DNA of 64,000 nucleotides from Verrucomicrobiota bacterium (GCA_003402705.1 QQNF01000008.1:2837-66836), one strand, 5' to 3'. Positions 38,786 through 48,324 are shown, counted from the first letter of the stretch. The notes: a model not told the origin generated them from the sequence alone. Translations and numbers: made by a program.

Positions 38786-41230
38786 ATGAACTCTACAGAA
38801 TTTTCCGAGACAATTGAGAGCCGGATGACGGCATGGGCGCTGGGCGAGCTGCCGGCGGAGGAAGCCGCGGCCTTTGAGGCGGCGATGGCGGCGGATCCGG
38901 TGCTGGCGGCGGAGGCGGAGCGGACGAAGGCGTTCTGCGCGGTGCTGGATGGCAATCTGGCGCAGGCGCCGGTGGTGCTGGCGCGTGCGGAGCGCGAGCG
39001 ATTGCTATCGGCGGCGAGTGCGCCGGTGGTGGTGCCGTTTTCGTGGCGTCGTGGACTGACGGCGCTAGCGGCGTGTGTGGCGGCGGGGACGGCGGGGACG
39101 ATGTGGTATCAGTGGACGCGACCGGATTCCGAGATCGCGCTAGTAGCGCCGACGGAGATGCCGGTGGGGAGGATGCTGCCCGGGGGCGGTGGGGGAGTTG
39201 GGAACGCGTCGGATGAGTTCGGTGATATGGTGGCGCGGGCGCGGGCGCCGAGGATCGAGAGCAAGCGGCTACCTGCTCCGGTGGTGACGACGGGGCCTGC
39301 AGAAGGAGGAGCTGGGGCGGAGATGAGCGGACTGGCTTCGGCGGTCGCGGCGGATCCGACGCCTGGAGCGGCGCCTGCGCCGGCACGGGTTCTGGAGACT
39401 GATATGGATGCGCCGACCGCGGGGCTGGCGGTTCATGACTTGAAGAAGAGCAAGAATCAGGAGGGGCTGGCGGTTCCTGCTGCTGAAGCGCCGGTGGACG
39501 GGTTGAGGAGTGCTGAGCAGGAGCAGAGCAGGCCGATGGAGATTGCGGCGAGTGCTGCGACGCCGATGCCGAGTGCGGCTCCGAATGGCGAGAGTCGTTG
39601 GAAGCAATCAGGCCATGAGTCGATGAGGGGAGCGCTGGCGATGAAGCCGCAGAGTGCGGCGGCGGGAGCGAGCGCGGATGGACGCGGGGGGCAGCGTCGG
39701 TGGGAGTCGGATGAGTACAGCGATGGAGAGGGCCAGGGGGTGGGGCGCCGACTGGTGATGCCGGTGGGCTCTGCTGATTCGGCCAAGGGATCCGAGTCCT
39801 ATCAAGCGCTGCCGGAGAATCCGTGGGTGGCGGTGGGTCAGGCACCGCTGTCGACGTTCAGCATTGATGTGGATACGGCGAGCTATGCGAATGTGCGGCG
39901 GTTTCTGAATCGCGGGGGAGCGCCGCCGCCGGAAGCGGTGCGACTGGAGGAACTGGTGAATTACTTCCCTTACAACTATGCGCCGCCGGTGGATGGGAAG
40001 CCGTTTGCGGTGCATGTCGAGATGACGTCGGCGCCGTGGAATGCGCGGCACCGGATTGCGCGGATTGCGCTGAAGGGGAAGGAGATTCATGCGGGCGAGC
40101 GCCCGGCGGCGAATCTGGTGTTTCTGGTGGATGTGAGTGGGTCGATGCAGGACGAGAACAAGCTGCCGCTGGTGAAGCAGAGCCTGCGGTTTGTGGTCGA
40201 TCGGTTAACGGAGAGGGACACGGTTTCGCTGGTGACGTATGCGGGCGAGAGCGGCGTGGTGTTGCCGGCGACGAGCGGTGGGGACAAGGCGCGGATTACG
40301 GCGGCGATCGAGAACCTCGGGGCGGGTGGCAGCACAAATGGGGCGGGCGGGATCACGTCGGCCTATGCGGAAGCGGCGAGAAACTTCCGTGCGGAAGGGA
40401 TCAACCGGGTGATTCTTGCGAGCGACGGGGATTTCAACGTCGGGGTGACGAGTCACGAGCAACTGCAGCAACTGATCACGGACAAGGCGAAGACAGGGGT
40501 GTTTCTGTCGGTGCTTGGTTACGGGATGGGGAACACGAAGGACGACACGATGGAGTTGCTGGCGGACAAGGGGAATGGGAACTATGCCTACATCGACAGC
40601 CTGAGTGAGGCGAGGAAGGCGCTAGGCGAGCAGTTCAGCGGCACGCTGGTGACGATTGCCAAGGATGTGAAGATTCAGATTGAGTTCAATCCGGCGAAGG
40701 TGGGTCGTTACCGGTTGCTGGGGTATGAGAACCGGATGCTGGCGAAGGAGGATTTCAACGACGACCGCAAGGACGCCGGGGAGATCGGGGCGGGGCATAC
40801 GGTGACGGCGCTGTACGAGATTATTCCGGCAGGGGTTGCTGATGAACCGGTGGTGACTGACAAGCTGAAGTATCAACCGGCGGCGGAGGCTGCTCCGGTG
40901 CCGGCTCCAGCGCCTGCGGCGACTGGCCCGGCGAGTGACGAGACGATGACGGTGAAGCTGCGTTGGAAGGCCCCTGACAAGGATGTGAGCGAGCTGATGG
41001 AAGTTCCGGTGAAGGATGCGGGGACGGCGGTTGGCGAGGCTAGTCTGGAGACGAGGTGGGCGTTGTCGGTGGCTGGGTTTGCATCGCTGCTGCGGCACTC
41101 GCAGTTTGCGGGGATGACGTGGAACGACATCCGGTCGCTGGCGGCGTCGGCGAAGGGTGAGGACCCGCATGGATACCGGGGAGAGTTCCTGCAGCTGATT
41201 GACCGGGCGGCGTCGACTTCGCGCCGCTGA
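38786..41230 (+). CDS. YfbK-like vWA domain protein with N-terminal anti-sigma-like region and TM helix
   Basis: MTAWALGEL..EEAAAFE (anti-sigma-like, no Zn ligands), TM, STFSIDVDTASY, MIDAS DVSGS, SDGDFNVG, IAKDVKIQIEFNP..YRLLGYENR, GYRGEF (DUF3520). Confidence 0.88.
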   Translation: MNSTEFSETIESRMTAWALGELPAEEAAAFEAAMAADPVLAAEAERTKAFCAVLDGNLAQAPVVLARAERERLLSAASAPVVVPFSWRRGLTALAACVAAGTAGTMWYQWTRPDSEIALVAPTEMPVGRMLPGGGGGVGNASDEFGDMVARARAPRIESKRLPAPVVTTGPAEGGAGAEMSGLASAVAADPTPGAAPAPARVLETDMDAPTAGLAVHDLKKSKNQEGLAVPAAEAPVDGLRSAEQEQSRPMEIAASAATPMPSAAPNGESRWKQSGHESMRGALAMKPQSAAAGASADGRGGQRRWESDEYSDGEGQGVGRRLVMPVGSADSAKGSESYQALPENPWVAVGQAPLSTFSIDVDTASYANVRRFLNRGGAPPPEAVRLEELVNYFPYNYAPPVDGKPFAVHVEMTSAPWNARHRIARIALKGKEIHAGERPAANLVFLVDVSGSMQDENKLPLVKQSLRFVVDRLTERDTVSLVTYAGESGVVLPATSGGDKARITAAIENLGAGGSTNGAGGITSAYAEAARNFRAEGINRVILASDGDFNVGVTSHEQLQQLITDKAKTGVFLSVLGYGMGNTKDDTMELLADKGNGNYAYIDSLSEARKALGEQFSGTLVTIAKDVKIQIEFNPAKVGRYRLLGYENRMLAKEDFNDDRKDAGEIGAGHTVTALYEIIPAGVADEPVVTDKLKYQPAAEAAPVPAPAPAATGPASDETMTVKLRWKAPDKDVSELMEVPVKDAGTAVGEASLETRWALSVAGFASLLRHSQFAGMTWNDIRSLAASAKGEDPHGYRGEFLQLIDRAASTSRR

Positions 41231-41250
41231 ACGGGGAAGGGATGATTCGG

Positions 41251-41289
41251 GGGGCGCAGTGCGGTGGCACTGCGCCCCTGCGCGTTTTC
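41251..41289 (+). terminator. Hairpin (terminator or REP-like) after the vWA gene
   Basis: GGGGCGCAGTGC-GGTG-GCACTGCGCCCC perfect 12-bp stem, with TTTT shortly after. Confidence 0.5.
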
Positions 41290-41351
41290 GGGGACCGTGA
41301 AAAAGGCCTTCCCGGGAGCGGAACTGTGCGGAAGGCTGAGGGCATCCATCC

Positions 41352-43847
41352 ATGACCCGTCCGACCACCTTGATTCTGATGCTGACTGCTGGCAGTGCGC
41401 TGCTGGCGACTGAGCCGTTCATTCCGCCGGTGCCTGACAAGCAACCGGAGCCGCCGTTTCCGGTGACGCCGCCGGGGGCGGGGATTACGATGCTGGTGCC
41501 GGGCTTCACGGTGCGGGAGTTGCCGGTGGGGCTGACGAATCTGAACAACGTGGAGTATGCGGCGGATGGCAGATTGTATGCTGCGGGGTACGACGGGCGG
41601 TTTCATCTGCTGCGCGACGGGGATCGCGACGGACTGGAGGAACGGGTGGATACTTTTGTGGCGGAGACGAGTGAGAATTATCCGCTAGGGATGGCGATCA
41701 GGGATGGCGAGCCGTATGCGGTGCTGACGGATGAGGTGGTGAGGTTCCGCGACATGGATGGGGACGGGATTCCCGAGCGTCGCGAGACCGTGGTGAAGGG
41801 ATTTGATGATCCTGAGCTGGTGAATGCGTCCTATCTGGTGCACCGGCGGGTGGACAGCTCGATGGCGATTGCGCATGGACCGGAGGGATCGCTGTACATC
41901 ACGATGGGGAATTCGGCGCCGGGCAATGCGTACTGGACGGACGCGGCGGGGGCGCATTACGGGACGGCGAAGCGGAGGGGATGCCTGCTGAAGATTCATG
42001 CGGACGGCCGGGTGGAGCAACTGGCGACCGGGTTGCGTTATATCATGTCGCTCCAGTGGAATGCGCAGGGCGATCTGTTCGGGACGGATCAGGAGGGTGC
42101 GACGTGGGTGCCTAACGGGAATCCGTTTGATGAGCTGCTGCACATCGAGACGGGACGGCATTATGGATTTCCGCCGCATCATCCCAAATGGCTGCCGGAG
42201 GTGGTGGATGAGCCGAGCGTGTGGAATTACGCGCCGCAGCATCAGAGCACGTGTGGATTCCGTTTCAACGGGCCTGCGGCGGGCCGGGGGAGGTTCGGGC
42301 CGGAGTTCTGGGCGGGGGATGCGATATTGACTGGTGAGGCGCGCGGGAGGTTGTGGCGCACGGCGTTAGTGAAGACGGCGGCCGGGTATGTGGCGCGGTC
42401 GGAGCTGATTGCGCGATTGGGGATGATGCCGGTGGATATGGCGGTTTCGCCGGAGGGTGATCTGGTGGTCTGCTGTCACAGTGGCGCGCCGGACTGGGGC
42501 AATGGGCCGAAGGGAGAGGGGCGGGTTTTCAAGATCAGCTATACGGGGCGCGACGTGCCGCAGCCGGTGTTGGCGTGGCCGACGAGTCCGACGGAGACGA
42601 CGGTTGTGTTTGACCGGAAGATTGGTGAGGGAGCGTGGCCGCTGGTGGGGCAGGTGACGGCTGAGGCGGGTCGGCATGCGGATGCTGCGGATCGATTGGA
42701 GCAATTCCGGCCGGGGTATGAAGTGGTGAAGCGACAGCAGGATGAGCCGAACGTGGTGTTGCCGGTGAAGGGGGCGAAGCCGGGCGGGGACGGTAGCAGT
42801 GTGGTGGTGACGACGGATCCGCGGCAGGCGGCAGTGCGGTATGCGCTGAGTTTTCGCGAGGGTGAGCGTGCGGTGGATCTGGCGCATGATTTGAGCGGGG
42901 TGGAAACGTCGTGGCGCGGGGCGGATGGTGGGGAATGGCGGGGCTGGCTGCCGCATCCGGATCTGACGGTGGCGCGGGCGTTGACGACGGGGTCTGCTAG
43001 TCATGCGGAGCTGTGGAAGCGTGCGGGCCAGGCGGGCGCGCTGACGATGCGGACGCAGCTGGATCTTTGGCAGATGCTGATTCCGGTGACGCAGGTGATT
43101 TCGACGTTGGATTACACACCAGCGCCGGAAACGGTGACGGTGACGTTTGCGGCGGATGCGGCGCTGGAGTTGTCGGTGGCGGGCGGGAAGGTGGAACGTG
43201 TCAGTGAGAGGGAATCGCGGCTGACGGTGGCGGCGACGCTGCAGGACCGGTGGCTACCGGCGACGCTGACGCTGGCGACGCCGGTGAAGAGGCTGGACGT
43301 GGCGTTCACGACGACGCGTGATGGGCACCGCCGCGTGCTGGGTACCCAGCGGTTTCTGATGCCCTTTGCGACGCCGCCGCCGCCGCCGGGCGGTCCGCGC
43401 GAGGTGCCGGAGCTGGCGGGCGGGAACTGGCGGGCCGGGCATGAGCTTTTTGTCGGCAAGGCGGCGTGCGCCACATGTCATCAGTTGCGGGGCGAGGGGC
43501 AGCAGGTGGGGCCGGATCTTGGCAATGTCATGCACCGGGATTATGCCAGTGTGCTGAAGGACATCATGGAGCCGAGTGCGGCGATCAATCCGGATGCGAT
43601 CGGTTATACGGTGACGAGCAAGGACGGCACTGCGGTGACGGGGACTCGGGTGGGGGAGACGGAGAAGGTGCTGAAGATTGCGCAGCCGGGCGGTGTGGTT
43701 GTGGAGATAGCGAAGGAGGCGCTGGCGAAGTCGGAGCCGCTGACGGCTTCGCTGATGCCGGCCGGGCTGGACAAGGTGCTGACGCCTGAGGAGCTGCGGG
43801 ACCTGATGACCTATCTGCTGAGGCCTGCGTCGTTGCCGGTGAAGTGA
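41352..43847 (+). CDS. PVC-type heme-binding (CxxCH) protein with glucose/sorbosone-dehydrogenase-like beta-propeller
   Basis: Signal peptide; VPGFTVREL, D.DGDG repeats, G.HYGFP; C-terminal G.ELF..KAACATCH..GPDL..I.EPS..I...SLMPAGL..ELRDL..YL. Confidence 0.85.
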   Translation: MTRPTTLILMLTAGSALLATEPFIPPVPDKQPEPPFPVTPPGAGITMLVPGFTVRELPVGLTNLNNVEYAADGRLYAAGYDGRFHLLRDGDRDGLEERVDTFVAETSENYPLGMAIRDGEPYAVLTDEVVRFRDMDGDGIPERRETVVKGFDDPELVNASYLVHRRVDSSMAIAHGPEGSLYITMGNSAPGNAYWTDAAGAHYGTAKRRGCLLKIHADGRVEQLATGLRYIMSLQWNAQGDLFGTDQEGATWVPNGNPFDELLHIETGRHYGFPPHHPKWLPEVVDEPSVWNYAPQHQSTCGFRFNGPAAGRGRFGPEFWAGDAILTGEARGRLWRTALVKTAAGYVARSELIARLGMMPVDMAVSPEGDLVVCCHSGAPDWGNGPKGEGRVFKISYTGRDVPQPVLAWPTSPTETTVVFDRKIGEGAWPLVGQVTAEAGRHADAADRLEQFRPGYEVVKRQQDEPNVVLPVKGAKPGGDGSSVVVTTDPRQAAVRYALSFREGERAVDLAHDLSGVETSWRGADGGEWRGWLPHPDLTVARALTTGSASHAELWKRAGQAGALTMRTQLDLWQMLIPVTQVISTLDYTPAPETVTVTFAADAALELSVAGGKVERVSERESRLTVAATLQDRWLPATLTLATPVKRLDVAFTTTRDGHRRVLGTQRFLMPFATPPPPPGGPREVPELAGGNWRAGHELFVGKAACATCHQLRGEGQQVGPDLGNVMHRDYASVLKDIMEPSAAINPDAIGYTVTSKDGTAVTGTRVGETEKVLKIAQPGGVVVEIAKEALAKSEPLTASLMPAGLDKVLTPEELRDLMTYLLRPASLPVK

Positions 43848-43980
43848 GGGGGGGAGGGGCGAGGGGGGAGGTGCAGAGGGCGTCACGATGGCGGGGTAAA
43901 CGCGATACCGCTGCTGGGGGTCATCAACCCGGGGACGCTCAGGCGTGGCTGAGCTGTCTCTGGATGATTCTGGCGCACGT

Positions 43981-44472
43981 TCACTTGCGGGTGGCGTCTG
44001 GAGTTGGGCTTTGTTGGGCGATTTGACGCTTTTGGTCGATACGCTGGACTAGTTCAGCGACGACGGGATGCTCGCTGAATCTAAAAAACCTTTTGGGAGG
44101 GGAAAACTTTACGATCCGCCCGAATTCGCACGGTGCCCGTAGGGTGAGTGAAACCCTTGGCGGGTTCGTAAAAATGCTGTGATTGATGTTGATAATGTTA
44201 AGCAGATCGACTCGCGCCTCGCGTCCATTGTTCCTGACGACCAGGGAGTCGCCGTCATCCCAGACCTCATCGACGAGGTCCCAGACAAAAATCTTCATGA
44301 TGATAAAGCCGAACGCGGCCATGCCGAGAGGAAAAAGGGAAGAACCAAATCCGCTGCCGTCCTTGAGTGCCCCGACCAATGAGCCGAAAAAGATGAGACC
44401 GATGAATCCGAACCATATGGCGGGGAATACCCGTTTGTAAAAGACGGTGGCGGAAGACGATATCTGACGCAT
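43981..44472 (-). CDS. Small membrane protein, integron-cassette-like orphan
   Basis: 163-aa ORF with two TM helices, visibly more AT-rich than its neighbours; GTTAGGC lies 10 nt before the ATG and GCCCAAC near the 3' end. Confidence 0.75.
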   Translation of the reverse strand: MRQISSSATVFYKRVFPAIWFGFIGLIFFGSLVGALKDGSGFGSSLFPLGMAAFGFIIMKIFVWDLVDEVWDDGDSLVVRNNGREARVDLLNIININHSIFTNPPRVSLTLRAPCEFGRIVKFSPPKRFFRFSEHPVVAELVQRIDQKRQIAQQSPTPDATRK

Positions 44473-44678
44473 GGAATTTGAAGCCTAACGGTGGATTTGT
44501 GACAGTGGATGCCGGGTGATGCCTGCAGAGCCGGAGGTTGGAGACTTGGGGGGCTTCGGGAGGGTATCACCGTGAAGGATTGCCGTCAAACCGGAGGTGG
44601 GGCTGGTGTGTTGGTGATACGGGGTGGGATCGGGTGGAGGGGAACTGGGAAGTGGGAAGTGATTGGGGCTTGAGCGGA

Positions 44679-44954
44679 GGAGAGCTGGTAGGCGTGCTCC
44701 GCACGCAGAGAGAGCTGTGATTCTCCCAGCAGTCCAGAGCCTTCGGCTGGCTTGTACGGAGAGGGGCGCGTTGGGAGAGCTGGTAGGCGTGCTCCGCACG
44801 CAGAGAGAGCTGTGATGCTCACAGCAGTCCAGAGCCTTCGGCTGGCTTGTACGGAGAGGGGCGCGTTGGGAGAGCGGGTAGGCGTGCTCCGCACGCGGAG
44901 AGAGCTGTAATGCTCACAGCAGTCCAGAGCCTTCGGCTGCTTGAACGGAGAGGG
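44679..44954. repeat. Tandem array of ~2.9 copies of a 95-bp REP-like three-hairpin unit
   Basis: AGAGC(T/G)GGTAGG recurs at 44681, 44776 and 44871 (period 95). Each unit has GTAG + GCGTGC-TCC-GCACGC, GCTGTGA-TGC-TCACAGC and AGCC-TTC-GGCT. Confidence 0.93.
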
Positions 44955-45075
44955 TGGTTGGGGGAATGATGGTTGGTGCGCGATTGCGGGGGAGGGTCCG
45001 GCGTCGCGTAGGGGGATGGGGGCTGAAGGAAGGGGGATGCTGTGCGTTATGGGAGAAAAGCACTCTGATTGATCC

Positions 45076-46314
45076 ATGTCGAAGCCTATGAATTCACGCG
45101 CGCTCATGATTGGCGGACTCTGGGCCGCGTCGCTGGCTGGGGCTTATTATGCTGGGGTGTCGCTGCGGGGTGAGCCTCGGGTTTCGGTGGTGGCGGGGGT
45201 GCGACCTGCGGCGGTTGAGACCATTGGGGGGCGGCCGGTGGGGAAGCGGGTGATGACTGCGGAGCAGGCGCTGACGGATGAGCGGCGGCGTGCGAGCGAG
45301 GATGGTGCGCCGGATGACGAGGGGGACGTGGATGGATTGACGACGGAGGAATGCCGCAAGCGGTTTGAGCGGATTGCGTCGCTGCCGCCGAGTCGGGAGC
45401 GGAATCTGGAGTATTACAAACTGATATCGCAGTGGGCGCGGATTGATGGTGAGGGGGCGCTGGCGGCGGCGGCGACGATTGACGAGCCGAAGTTGCGTTA
45501 TGAGTTGAGGGAATCGGCGTTGCGGAACTGGGCGCGAGGGAATCCTGAGGCGGCGTATGCGTTTGCGATGGCCAATCCTAACAAGGATCTGCCGGAGAGC
45601 CGGATGCAGTTGGTGTTCGATGGGCTGGGCCGGTCGGATCCTGACAAGGCCCTGGCGTTTTTCGATGCGCACCGGGGGGAACTGGAGAAGCAGGGGGATC
45701 GGGCGTCGATGGTTTTTGATGAGCTTTATGAGCGCGGTGGGCACGACCAACTGGTGTCGTGGGCGGAGCGGCAGCCTTCGGGCAAGATGCGGGACATGGC
45801 GCTCAATCGGATCATTGACCGTTGGGCGCGTTATGATCCGGCGGGGGCGAAGGACTGGATGGAGCGCAGTGTGACGAACAAGGAGAACATTGGACCGGCG
45901 CGGGTGGAGCTGGCGGAATCGTGGGCGCGGGTGAATCCGCAGGAGGCGCTGAATTGGGTTGGCTCGCTGCCGGTGAAGGAGCGGGATGGGGATTACTACG
46001 ATCGGATTTTCGGGCGGTGGATTCAATATGATAGGAATGCGGCGGCGCAGCAGCTGGCGAGTCAGCCGCCGGGGCCGCATCTGGACCGGCCGATTGAGAA
46101 GTACACGTATGAAGTGATGCGACAGAATCCGGCGGACACGATGCCGTGGGCGCAGTCGATCAATGACGAGGGGCGACGCTGGCGTGCGGTGGAGCGGGTG
46201 GCGGATGCGTGGCGCAGCAAGGATAAGGCGGGGTTGCAGCAGTATGTGCTTTCGGGTGGGTTCACGGAGGAGCAGCAGCGCAAGCTGCTGCGGATTGAGG
46301 AGAAGAAGAAGTGA
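45076..46314 (+). CDS. Membrane-anchored alpha-helical repeat protein (W...DP..A..W repeats)
   Basis: N-terminal TM; repeats WARIDGEGAL, WARGNPEAAY, WARYDPAGAKDW, WARVNPQEALNW, WIQYDRNAAAQ. Confidence 0.8.
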   Translation: MSKPMNSRALMIGGLWAASLAGAYYAGVSLRGEPRVSVVAGVRPAAVETIGGRPVGKRVMTAEQALTDERRRASEDGAPDDEGDVDGLTTEECRKRFERIASLPPSRERNLEYYKLISQWARIDGEGALAAAATIDEPKLRYELRESALRNWARGNPEAAYAFAMANPNKDLPESRMQLVFDGLGRSDPDKALAFFDAHRGELEKQGDRASMVFDELYERGGHDQLVSWAERQPSGKMRDMALNRIIDRWARYDPAGAKDWMERSVTNKENIGPARVELAESWARVNPQEALNWVGSLPVKERDGDYYDRIFGRWIQYDRNAAAQQLASQPPGPHLDRPIEKYTYEVMRQNPADTMPWAQSINDEGRRWRAVERVADAWRSKDKAGLQQYVLSGGFTEEQQRKLLRIEEKKK

Positions 46315-46366
46315 GGGAGTGGGGGCGGGCGACGGTGCAAAAAAGTCCGGGGCGGGTGAGGGAGGT

Positions 46367-46415
46367 GAGAAGTTAGAGATGAGAAGTTAGGATTGAGAAT
46401 TGAGAATTGAGATTT
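46367..46415. repeat. Short heptamer-type tandem repeats (GAGAAGTTAG x2, GAATTGA-like x3)
   Basis: gagaagttagagatgagaagttaggattgagaattgagaattgagattt in the intergenic DNA between convergent genes. Confidence 0.6.
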
Positions 46416-46506
46416 ACGGGTGGCGGGAGGGGTAAGCCCGTAAGGGGGGTGGTGATGCGGGAATGGTGAGGCCGGTGGCTACGGCTGCTGGTTCGGAGAG
46501 GTGGGC

Positions 46507-46548
46507 AAGAAAAACCCCTTCCGGGCGTGGGGGCCGCGGAAGGGGTTT
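46507..46548 (-). terminator. Intrinsic terminator of the PQQ-propeller gene
   Basis: AAACCCCTTCCG...CGGAAGGGGTTT stem with a T-tract on the minus strand. Confidence 0.75.
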
Positions 46549-46582
46549 GGAGTGTTAAAGGGGGGGGGCTCTGGGCGATCGG

Positions 46583-48154
46583 TTATTTGGGGCCGAAGGC
46601 GTAGAGTTGGGACATGGTCATGATGTAGAGTGTGCCGCTGGAGAAGACTGGGGTGGCGAAGATGGAGCCGGGGAAGTCGATGACGGCGACTTTTTCGAGT
46701 TGTTTGCCGGCCTTGATGATGTGGAGTTCGCCTTCTTCGTTACCGACGTAGATTTTGCCGTCGATGAAGAGGGTGCTGCCCCAGATGTGGCCCTTGGTGT
46801 CGTAGACGCTGAGTTTGGCTCCGGTGTTGGCGTCGACGGCGTGGACGAGGCCTGAGAAGTCGGCGACGTAGACGATGTCGTCGACGATGGCTGGGGTGGA
46901 GACGGAGCGGTTGATGTCCTTGTAGGTCCAGAGGGCTTTGCCGGAGATGTCGCCGGTGCCGGTGGGGTCGATGCAGCTGAGACAGCCCTTGCCTTCGCCG
47001 TGTTCGGGGTCCTGACCGATCTGGGTGAAGATGCGGTTTTTGTAGACGACTGGGGTGGCGATGATTTCGGAGGGGCCTTCGTAGGTATTGTAGGCGCGTT
47101 TGGCGCCTTTTTCGTCGAGGCGGTATTCCTTGGGATTGGCGTCGTAGCGCCAGAGTTCGTTGATGATGTCGAAGCCCTCGTCATCCTTTTTGAAGGACAT
47201 GTCGAAGCCGTAGCAGAAGCCGTCGCCGGCGCCGAAGACGACCATGGGTTTGGAGCCGACGGTGGCGAAGGCTGGGCTGGACCATGAGCAGTGGAGACAG
47301 CGTTTGCTGATGCCGGAGCGTTCTTCGCCGAGGAGCTTGCCGGTTTTCCTGTCGAGGCAGATGAGGCTAGGGGCTTCGGGGGCGGGGATATTGGTGTGCG
47401 TCCAGTCGACCCCGTTGGAGGTGGTGATGTAGATGCGGTCTTCGAGGACGAGGACGTTGCTGGAGGTGACATTGTGAGGGAAGACCCCGCATTCCTCGCG
47501 CATGTCGAAGCGCCAGATGATGTCGGCGTCGGTGTCGCCGGTTTTCTCGATCTTGTTTTCCGGGGAGGTGAGGTATTTGGCTTCGTCCTGAAGGCCGTCG
47601 TTGCCGTTTTTGAGACCTTCGAGGTCGAGACAGAGGACCTCGCAGCGGTTGGTGGCGATGTAGACGCGGCCGGAGTCGACGGCGCCGCCGGAGCACATGC
47701 CGAGGTATTCCCAGTCGGAGACCTTGCCGGTGCCGAGTTTGGGGGCGGCGAGCTGCCATGTCATCTGGCCGGATTTTTCGTCGAGGCAGAGGAGGATGGA
47801 GCGGTCTTCGGCGGTGACTTTACCGGAGTCCTTGTTTTTGACGTTATACTTGGAGTCCCACGGGTTTTCGTTATTGGTGCCGAGGAGGATTTTGCCATTG
47901 GCGACGGAGAGCGTGCCGTAGGCTTGTGAGCCGAGCCGTGCGGCCCATTTGAGGCCTTTGGTGGTGGAGAGGTCGACCTCGTCCTTGCCTTTGATTTTCT
48001 TGCCTGGGTCGAATTCGAGCGGAGGATTTTTTTCCGTCGAGACCATGTTGCGGGAGTTGGTGCCGCCCCATGTTGGCCAGTCGGCGGAAGCGGAGGCGAG
48101 GGAAGCGGCGGTGAAGCCGGCGGCGAGGAGGGAAGCGGATCGGAGGCTTTTCAT
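46583..48154 (-). CDS. Secreted PQQ-binding-like (BamB-like) beta-propeller protein
   Basis: Signal peptide then ADWPTWGG..RNM; repeated LCLD...G...W, ATPVV, STPAI, G.IWGST blade motifs. Start at ATG 48154. Confidence 0.88.
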   Translation of the reverse strand: MKSLRSASLLAAGFTAASLASASADWPTWGGTNSRNMVSTEKNPPLEFDPGKKIKGKDEVDLSTTKGLKWAARLGSQAYGTLSVANGKILLGTNNENPWDSKYNVKNKDSGKVTAEDRSILLCLDEKSGQMTWQLAAPKLGTGKVSDWEYLGMCSGGAVDSGRVYIATNRCEVLCLDLEGLKNGNDGLQDEAKYLTSPENKIEKTGDTDADIIWRFDMREECGVFPHNVTSSNVLVLEDRIYITTSNGVDWTHTNIPAPEAPSLICLDRKTGKLLGEERSGISKRCLHCSWSSPAFATVGSKPMVVFGAGDGFCYGFDMSFKKDDEGFDIINELWRYDANPKEYRLDEKGAKRAYNTYEGPSEIIATPVVYKNRIFTQIGQDPEHGEGKGCLSCIDPTGTGDISGKALWTYKDINRSVSTPAIVDDIVYVADFSGLVHAVDANTGAKLSVYDTKGHIWGSTLFIDGKIYVGNEEGELHIIKAGKQLEKVAVIDFPGSIFATPVFSSGTLYIMTMSQLYAFGPK

Positions 48155-48171
48155 GGGCACAAAGAAGAGGA

Positions 48172-48275
48172 GGAGGAAATTGGAAATTTAAAATAGTAAA
48201 TAGTAAATGGAAAGGCCGAAAGGCCTAGAGGGGAAGGGGAGGAAATTGAAAATAGTGAATAGTAAATGGAAAGGC
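48172..48275. repeat. AT-rich direct repeat containing AAATAGT heptamers
   Basis: GGAGGAAATTG...AAATAGT(A/G)AATAGTAAATGGAAAGGC occurs twice (48172-48226 and 48238-48275). Confidence 0.7.
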
Positions 48276-48324
48276 AGCGAAGGCAGAGAGGCAGCGAAGG
48301 ATGAAGGGTGGAGGTGGAAAGGAG

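Noticed and set aside
44679-44954. CRISPR array
   Set aside because: Units repeat along their whole 95-bp length with no unique spacers, and no cas genes are in the window.
44586-45107. 173-aa minus-strand ORF across the tandem repeat
   Set aside because: It is a translation of the 95-bp non-triplet repeat with no coding signature.
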